Shown here in pieces: positions 55,608 to 64,000 of a stretch of DNA of 64,000 nt (its first letter is position 1; the number at the start of each line of letters is the position of its first letter). The notes under the pieces are model-generated. The model saw nothing but the letters and a program-made list of their open reading frames with translations. It did not search any database and was not told the origin of the DNA. Made by a program: the position numbers and the translations under genes. The stretch comes from Eledone cirrhosa. Its lineage: Eukaryota. Where the stretch lies: the NCBI GenBank assembly GCA_964016885.1, contig OZ024745.1:56296001-56360000 (forward strand), read 5' to 3'.

Positions 55608-56644
55608 TTGTTACATAATAAGGTTATGTTTCCGAGGCAATCCAAATTGGATCGACAAGGGAACGGATGAATTGCGTGTTTTGGGGTTTTTCATCCGCTC
55701 CCTTGTGAGTACCAATTCACCCCACCGGCCTGTGCAACCGCATGTCCGAAGGAAGTTGACCATTCGCCACCGCAGACTTCAACGAAGTTTGCTTAGTCAG
55801 TCCACCCCGTCATCCAAAACAATGGCCCACCAATGCCTGTACCATATTTTACTGCTACCCATCACGGCTGTGACAGTCACCCGTGAGCTAGAGGGGATGG
55901 AGAGTGTTAGTTTTTACAGGTCATAATACTACCCCTCACTAAGCGTTGACGGCACGACTAACCATCACCTTATAAGGGAAAATAAACTTATTCTAGGTAT
56001 CATGGTTTTACGTTGGAAGTTAAGAGTGAGGGTTGGAAATAAAAATTAAAATCCTAAATCAAATATCAGAAATTATAAATTAAACAATTAAGAAATTAAC
56101 AATTAGAAATTAAAGAATTAAAAAAAATTAATTCTTTAATTTCTAATTGTTAATTTCTTAATTGTTTAATTTATAATTTCTGATATTTGATTTAGGATTT
56201 TAATTTTTATTTCCAACCCTCACTCTTAACTTCCAACGTAAAACCATGATACCTAGAATAAGTTTATTTACCCTTATAAAGTGATGGTCAGTCGTGCCGT
56301 CAACACTTAGTGAGGGGTAGTATTATGACCTGTAAAAACTAACACTCTCCCATCCCCTCTGGCTCTCGGCTGACTGTCACAGCCGTGATGGGTAGCAGTA
56401 AAATATGGTACAGGCATTGGTGGGGCGTTGTTTTGGATGACGGGGTGGACTGACTAAGCAAACTTCGTTGAAGACTGCGGTGGCGAATGGTCAACTTCCT
56501 TCGGACATGCGGTTGCGCAGGACGGTGGGGGGTGAATTGGTACTCACAAGGGAGCGGATGAAAAACCCCAAAACACGCAATTCATCCGTTCCCTTGTCGA
56601 TCCAATTTGGATTGCCTCGGAAACATAACCTTATTATGTAACAA

Positions 56645-56718
56645 GCTGTCTGATGATGACACGACACTCGCACACAGAACAGTGTGGCCAGTGTCGTCAC
56701 TGAAATATATATCACAGC
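56645..56718 (+). ncRNA. Type I hammerhead ribozyme (family D)
   Basis: Inverted copy of 55534-55607. Confidence 0.78.
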
Positions 56719-56721
56719 ATT

Positions 56722-56910
56722 GGTGGATTGGCAGTATCGGTAGAAGGTCGGACGCCATGCTTTCCAGCATAGTTACGTCCCTTTACGATCTGAGTTCAAA
56801 TCCCGCCGAGGTTGACTTTGCCTTTCATCCTTACGGGGTCGATAAAATAAAGTACCAGTAATGCACTGGATAATTGCTGGCCTTGTGCCTAAAGTAGAAA
56901 CAATTATTAT
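56722..56910 (+). mobile_element. Full-length tRNA-derived SINE family A (Meta-domain-like core)
   Basis: A-box-like TGGCAGTATCGG, B-box GAGTTCAAATCC, core gcctttcatccttacggggtcgataaaataaagtaccag, (ATT)n tail; at least 15 copies in the window (also 2847-2940). Confidence 0.88.
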
Positions 56911-57020
56911 TAAAGGATTTGAACATCTGAAACTACTTCGCTTTTCTTTATACGATATTTACTCCGTCACTCCTATGTGGAAAAAGTACGTTGAGTGCTT
57001 GATTGAATTGCATCAATATT

Positions 57021-57079
<59 letters not shown>

Positions 57080-57199
57080 TATAGACATAGAATATTCGAA
57101 AATATTCTGTATGTTTATAATAAACATTTTGAAGACCTAATCGCTATAGAATAGAATACGTCACGTATTACAATTAGATTCTCGATAAAAGCAAGGGAA

Positions 57200-58482
57200 G
57201 TAATCTACGCGTTTCATTCTCGTTAGAAATCATCAGGACTACATATCCAGTGCTTTTATCGAGAATGACACAGCTAGAGACTTATAGAATACTTAGCTGT
57301 GTACAGGAACTGGTTTGAAAGAGCGGTTGCCGGTCCGGCAGAAATTAGAAATTGGAATAAATGCTCTGAAATAGCGATATATATGTGAATATAGACATAG
57401 AATATTCGAAAATATTCTGTATGTTTATAATAAACATTTTGAAGACCTAATCGCTATAGAATAGAATACGTCACGTATTACAATTAGATTCTCGATAAAA
57501 GCAAGGGAAGTAATCTACGCGTTTCATTCTCGTTAGAAATCATCAGGACTACATATCCAGTGCTTTTATCGAGAATGACACAGCTAGAGACTTATAGAAT
57601 ACTTAGCTGTGTACAGGAACTGGTTTGAAAGAGCGGTTGCCGGTCCGGCAGAAATTAGAAATTGGAATAAATGCTCTGAAATAGCGATATATATGTGAAT
57701 ATAGACATAGAATATTCGAAAATATTCTGTATGTTTATAATAAACATTTTGAAGACCTAATCGCTATAGAATAGAATACGTCACGTATTACAATTAGATT
57801 CTCGATAAAAGCAAGGGAAGTAATCTACGCGTTTCATTCTCGTTAGAAATCATCAGGACTACATATCCAGTGCTTTTATCGAGAATGACACAGCTAGAGA
57901 CTTATAGAATACTTAGCTGTGTACAGGAACTGGTTTGAAAGAGCGGTTGCCGGTCCGGCAGAAATTAGAAATTGGAATAAATGCTCTGAAATAGCGATAT
58001 ATATGTGAATATAGACATAGAATATTCGAAAATATTCTGTATGTTTATAATAAACATTTTGAAGACCTAATCGCTATAGAATAGAATACGTCACGTATTA
58101 CAATTAGATTCTCGATAAAAGCAAGGGAAGTAATCTACGCGTTTCATTCTCGTTAGAAATCATCAGGACTACATATCCAGTGCTTTTATCGAGAATGACA
58201 CAGCTAGAGACTTATAGAATACTTAGCTGTGTACAGGAACTGGTTTGAAAGAGCGGTTGCCGGTCCGGCAGAAATTAGAAATTGGAATAAATGCTCTGAA
58301 ATAGCGATATATATGTGAATATAGACATAGAATATTCGAAAATATTCTGTATGTTTATAATAAACATTTTGAAGACCTAATCGCTATAGAATAGAATACG
58401 TCACGTATTACAATTAGATTCTCGATAAAAGCAAGGGAAGTAATCTACGCGTTTCATTCTCGTTAGAAATCATCAGGACTAC
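57200..58482 (-). ncRNA. Five tandem type I hammerheads (57200-57242, 57510-57552, 57820-57862, 58130-58172, 58440-58482)
   Basis: gtagtc CTGATGA tttctaacgagaat GAAA cgcg TA gattac on the minus strand in each unit. Confidence 0.85.
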
Positions 58483-58723
58483 ATATCCAGTGCTTTTATC
58501 GAGAATGACACAGCTAGAGACTTATAGAATACTTAGCTGTGTACAGGAACTGATTTTCGAATATTCTATGTCTATATTCACATATATATCGCTATTTCAG
58601 AGCATTTATTCCAATTTCTAATTTCTGCCGGACCGGCAACCGCTCTTTCAAACCAGTTCCTGTACACAGCTAAGTATTCTATAAGTCTCTAGCTGTGTCA
58701 TTCTCGATAAAAGCACTGGATAT

Positions 58724-59386
58724 GTAGTCCTGATGATTTCTAACGAGAATGAAACGCGTAGATTACTTCCCTTGCTTTTATCGAGAATCTAATTGTAATA
58801 CGTGACGTATTCTATTCTATAGCGATTAGGTCTTCAAAATGTTTATTATAAACATACAGAATATTTTCGAATATTCTATGTCTATATTCACATATATATC
58901 GCTATTTCAGAGCATTTATTCCAATTTCTAATTTCTGCCGGACCGGCAACCGCTCTTTCAAACCAGTTCCTGTACACAGCTAAGTATTCTATAAGTCTCT
59001 AGCTGTGTCATTCTCGATAAAAGCACTGGATATGTAGTCCTGATGATTTCTAACGAGAATGAAACGCGTAGATTACTTCCCTTGCTTTTATCGAGAATCT
59101 AATTGTAATACGTGACGTATTCTATTCTATAGCGATTAGGTCTTCAAAATGTTTATTATAAACATACAGAATATTTTCGAATATTCTATGTCTATATTCA
59201 CATATATATCGCTATTTCAGAGCATTTATTCCAATTTCTAATTTCTGCCGGACCGGCAACCGCTCTTTCAAACCAGTTCCTGTACACAGCTAAGTATTCT
59301 ATAAGTCTCTAGCTGTGTCATTCTCGATAAAAGCACTGGATATGTAGTCCTGATGATTTCTAACGAGAATGAAACGCGTAGATTAC
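58724..59386 (+). ncRNA. Three tandem type I hammerheads (58724-58766, 59034-59076, 59344-59386)
   Basis: Same motif on the plus strand; stem I extended by ttctcgataaaagca/tgcttttatcgagaa. Confidence 0.85.
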
Positions 59387-59539
59387 TTCCCTTGCTTTTA
59401 TCGAGAATCTAATTGTAATACGTGACGTATTCTATTCTATAGCGATTAGGTCTTCAAAATGTTTATTATAAACATACAGAATATTTTCGAATATTCTATG
59501 TCTATATTCACATATATATCGCTATTTCAGAGCATTTAT

Positions 59540-59588
<49 letters not shown>

Positions 59589-59737
59589 GTTAATAAAGAC
59601 TTTTGATGTATTGAAGGCTTCTTTGTTTTATTTTCATAATTCTTCGGCTCCGTTTAATTACATTGAGCTATACCTTTTACTGTCATTTCTATAATACGAA
59701 GAGGGTGTTTAACTCCAACACGCTCCAGTATTTTAAT

Positions 59738-59794
<57 letters not shown>

Positions 59795-59796
<2 letters not shown>

Positions 59797-61040
59797 ATGT
59801 CCCCAGATGTATGTGAAAGTACAGAGGACCTCCTCAGCAGAATCAGTGAGTGCAACAAAAACAAGAGCCTATCCAACTGCATAATAGGCAGCATGGATGT
59901 GGTGTCACTGTACCCATCCATTAACATTGATTTTGCTGTGAAAAGATGTGTGGAGATGATCATTGAGAGTGAGGTGGAGTTCTGCGACGTCGACACAGAC
60001 GAACTGGGCCTCCTACTTAGACTTACCTACGACACTGACTACCTAGACAGCCACGACCTTAGATGTTTCTGCCCTAGTAGACCTATAAGAGGTAGACCCC
60101 CCACCATAACCTTAATGGCAAAAAAGACTCCCATAGGAAGGTGGATTGGGTGGACCAAAGCTATACGGATCCCCCAAAACACTGATCAGGTAAGAAAAAT
60201 GGTCGCACATGCAATAGGGGCTAGTATCAAAACTACCCTAAAGGGCCACATATTTAAGTTCAATGAGAAAATCTACACCCAAAATGAGGGAGCAGCCATC
60301 GGCGTCAGCATAGCTGGTGATGTTGCCAACCTTTTCATGGTATGGTGGGAAAGGAGACTTAAAGATCTCCTTAATGAAAGCTCCATAGACCTCATCATGT
60401 ACTCTCGTTATGTAGACGATATCAATATAGTTATAAGAACACCCCCACTAGAGAGCACTAACAAGTTTGATTTAGAACGTAGCACGATGGAAAGCATCCA
60501 GCAGATAGCTAATTCCATACACCAGAGTATAACTGTAACTATCGACTTCCCTTCCAAACACCCTAACAATAGACTACCTGTATTAGACACATAACTCTGG
60601 ATTAACACTATAGACGAGAGAGCCCAAATTCTCCACTCACACTATGCTAAACCCATGGCCTCCAAATACCTGATACTCAAAAACTCAGCAATGTCCAGTA
60701 GTGCTAAGTTTAATATTCTGATCGCAGATTTGGTACGAGTGATGAAGAATGTGTCCAGCATGTGCGACCCAACAGAAATGGAAAGACACATCCAACACTT
60801 CATCAACCGCATGCAGTTCTCTGGCTACAACCAAAGAGACAGAGTCAGAGTATACGAAGGAGCCATGGAAAAGTATAAGACCCTCATAGAACTGGACATG
60901 AAAGGAATTTGCCCACTATACAGGAGCAAATCATGGAATAGCTTAGATAGGGCTAGACATAAGATAGGGAAGGCTACATCATGGTACGACAACCAGAGAT
61001 ATCAGAGTGTCATGTTTGTGGACGCCACCCCTGGAGGGGT
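59795..61040 (+). pseudogene. Penelope-like RT of a different lineage, truncated at both ends, one in-frame TAA (60592-60594)
   Basis: GSMDVVSLYPSI (A), YTQNEGAAIG..IAGDVANLFM (B'), YSRYVDDI (C), LPVLD, HYAKP..SA thumb motifs. The two tracked ORFs are in the same frame; no endonuclease retained. Confidence 0.85.
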
Positions 61041-61151
61041 ATACACGTTGCTCCTTCTACCTGGAGTTGCGACCGATAGATAGTATTAGCAATTGAAAAG
61101 ACCAACGGAAACATTGTTCCCTCGGTCCGATTTGACGAAAGTCGATCGTTC

Positions 61152-61235
<84 letters not shown>

Positions 61236-61238
<3 letters not shown>

Positions 61239-61424
61239 CGAAGGAAATGTGGTAAGGAATCAGGTGGACCATAACGCACCAATGTACTCAATACTTAGGG
61301 TAGTAGAGTGGGTAATAGGAACCAGTAAAACCCCGACGGCTGAGCTCAAGCCGTTTCGACGGCTAATTAGCCGTCGAAACGGCTTGAGCTCAGCCGTCGG
61401 GGTCTTACTGGTTCCTATTGGTTC
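61236..61424. mobile_element. Family F pseudo-LTR fold-back fragment
   Basis: Reverse complement of about 9073-9204, folding back at ggctaattagcc; (TA)n flanks. A similar scrambled piece is at 29595-29710. Confidence 0.82.
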
Positions 61425-61458
<34 letters not shown>

Positions 61459-61629
61459 ATGTTAGGTAATTTCGAAGGAAAAACAAAGGAAAAAAGAGTG
61501 CTCTATGTATAGAAAGTGAACAACATAAAATATAACTACTCCATTAGCAAAGGTCTCTGGATCGCAGACAATAATGGAGTAGTTATATTTTGAGTTGTTC
61601 ACTTTCTAATTATATATATATATATATAA

Positions 61630-61697
<68 letters not shown>

Positions 61698-61699
61698 GA

Positions 61700-61784
<85 letters not shown>

Positions 61785-61800
61785 GATATATATATAGTGG

Positions 61801-61836
<36 letters not shown>

Positions 61837-62195
61837 GAACAACAACAACACCCAAACAAACAACACTGACCTAAGAGAAGTATAAATAAGTAAATAAAAT
61901 AAAATAAAATAAGATAAATAAATACATACACAAGCACAATAACAACAAGCACATAAACACACACTAGTCACCCAACAGACACCACACTATACACACTAGT
62001 CACACAGCACACATAACACTATACACACACGCAAACGCATGCGCAAAGAAGATAAAATAAAATAAACAAACAAGCAAATAAATAAATAAATATATAGACA
62101 GACTGAATAAAAAATGGCGTAGACATACAACACAACAGGAGGAAAAAAAATATAACACCACAGATGTGCAACGAAAGATTTATGTAAATTATGTA

Positions 62196-62390
62196 AACTA
62201 TATATATGTGTTTGTGTCTATATTGTATCTGTATTATTTTTGACCGCCGGTCAGTCAATGGCAACATTGAGGACCGAGTAAGTTAGATCGCAGATATAAA
62301 AGACAGCGAGAAGCGAAAACCAACCAAACAGTGAGTGTGTTCTGTTATTAATTCTGGCAATATTACGCAAATATGACCCTCCCCAAGTAT

Positions 62391-62397
<7 letters not shown>
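62196..62397 (+). mobile_element. Family E, un-folded copy
   Basis: Spacer plus right arm of 3631-4057, preceded by different sequence instead of the inverted arm. Confidence 0.75.
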
Positions 62398-62446
<49 letters not shown>

Positions 62447-62564
62447 CCTAGATTATCTGTGTCCTTCATTTAAGTAAGTAAGATCTGGTTCGAGATAAAT
62501 AAAGTTTAGTGACAACGTAGATGTTCCTCGTACAATCATCTTTCGTTAATATTATGTTTTTTGT

Positions 62565-63970
62565 AATAATTATTTCTACTTTCGGCGTAAGGCAAGGTAT
62601 TGAAGGTAAAGGGAAAGTCGATTAAAACGACCCCAATGCCTTACTGGTACTTTATTTTATCGACCACATGTGCATGAAAGGGTAAGCTAACCGCACTTGG
62701 ATTTGAACTCAGAACAGAAAAATGCCGGAACTATATGCTATATAGTATGTTATCTGACGCTTTACCGATATCTTCAACCCATCGCCCTTATATTGGTTGT
62801 AATAATAATGATTTCTAGTATAGGCAAAAGACCAGTAATTTGGTGGGAGGGGAAAGTCGATTTAATCGACCCCAGTACGTTACTGGTGCTCTATTTTGTC
62901 GACTCCGTAAGGAGGAAAGGCAAAGTTAACCTCGGCAGGATTTGAACTCAGACCGTAAAGGACCGAAACTCTATACTGGAAAGCATGGTGTCCGACTCTA
63001 CCGATACTGCCAATCCACCACCAATAATAATAATTGTTTCTGATTTAGGCATAAGGCCAGTATTATTTAGCGGAGGGGAAAATCGATTAAATCGACTCCA
63101 GTGCATTATTGGTGCTTTATCCACATCGTAATGATGAAAGGCAAAACTAACATCGGCGGGATTTGAACTCAGAATGTTAAGGGTCGGAATTCAATGCGAC
63201 AAAACATGTTGTCCGACGCTCAACCGATTCCTTCAACCCACCGCCCTTATGTTGGTTGTAATAATAATAATAACAATAATGATAATGTTTGAGGTGTAGG
63301 CGTAGAAGACACACTATGATCTTCGTCTTGTTGAATGACGGAAAAATATAATTATAAATGTAACGCTGTGGTCTTATTGCTACCATTTTGTTGTGGTCTT
63401 CACAATGATATAAATAATTGTTTCTACTTTTGGCACAAGGCCAGCAATCATCGAGTGATATAAATAATAACGTGTTATTCTATGGGGTTTTCTTTTCAGG
63501 GTACACGTCTCTTCGTCAAACGACGCAGTGTAAAAAGTTAATCCAGATCTAAATGCTGAAAATACCATAAAGTTGACTTTTCAGGTGCATTATTCTCAGA
63601 CTCAGACTCAGAAGCTCCCGCATCTTGCGACGCACGAGGCAATCATAGTGTTCCATCGCGTTCAGTCAGCAGCCAGTTGCACAGCGTCCCGCCATTGTCT
63701 GTTTGTCACTCGCAGGTCCCTCTCAACTGTCTGGCGCCAGTTCATTACTGGTACTTTATTTTATCGACCCCATAAGGATGAAAGGCAAAGTTAACCTCGG
63801 CGAGATTTGAACTCAGAATGGCAAGGGCCATAGAGTTACGGCCCTTGCCATTCTGAGTTCAAATCCCGCCGAGGTTAACTTTGCCTTTCATCCTTATGGG
63901 GTCGATAAAATAAAGTACCAGTAATACACTGGGTAATTGCTGGCCTTGTGCCAAAAAGTAGAAACAATTA
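62565..63970. mobile_element. Cluster of SINE family A copies (three tandem minus copies, a fragment, and a head-to-head pair at 63737-63970)
   Basis: Repeated core and B-box motifs at about 62570, 62810, 63030, 63415, 63740 and 63840. Confidence 0.8.
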
Positions 63971-64000
63971 TTAATGATCAATATATATGAGAGTTAGTGA

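Larger units (their letters stand above)
55485..57027. mobile_element. Family D fold-back (arms ~640 bp, almost no spacer) with SINE inserted in the right arm
   Basis: 55485-56121 is the reverse complement of 56128-56952 once the SINE at 56722-56910 is removed; (TA)n flanks. Confidence 0.85.
57077..59545. repeat. 310-bp tandem array: ~4.8 units, then ~3.2 units in inverted orientation (junction 58552/58553), in (TA)n
   Basis: Unit starts at 57077, 57387, 57697, 58007 and 58317; units look identical by eye; each unit carries a hammerhead. Confidence 0.95.

Noticed and set aside
57077-59545. CRISPR-like array
   Set aside because: Units are wholly identical 310-mers with no unique spacers, the context is eukaryotic and there are no cas genes.
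60592-60594. Recoded stop or selenocysteine in the PLE RT
   Set aside because: The codon is TAA, not TGA; most simply a nonsense mutation (for example from CAA).
61090-61152. Two adjacent hairpins after the RT fragment (gacc..ggtc; cgatttgac-gaaa-gtcgatcg)
   Set aside because: They do not fit hammerhead topology and occur once in the window, so there is no support for function.

Overview
AT-rich, microsatellite-dense animal genomic DNA. The repeat landscape suggests an octopod cephalopod (inference). There is one host gene on the minus strand (45611->18751, six exons with phase-consistent GT-AG splice sites, 482 aa). It encodes a secreted zymogen with a signal peptide, a six-cysteine chitin-binding type-2 (CBM14) domain, an acidic Tyr-rich linker and an S1 serine protease with an intact His/Asp/Ser triad and a non-trypsin pocket. 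The rest is mostly transposon-derived: Penelope-like retroelements (PLEs) of at least two lineages, RTE, CR1/L2-like and Tx1-like LINE fragments, two tRNA-derived SINE families, a decayed Tc1/mariner element, two MITEs and a Helitron 3' end. The main non-coding signal is about 20 type I hammerhead ribozyme (HHR) motifs in at least six sequence families. Nearly all sit in pseudo-LTR-like modules inserted into (TA)n tracts, often as fold-back pairs. They include an apparently identical-copy 310-bp tandem/inverted array with one HHR per unit (57077-59545, retrozyme-like) and a PLE pseudo-LTR HHR with a non-canonical core. All HHR calls are by-eye motif and pairing assignments; activity is untested.
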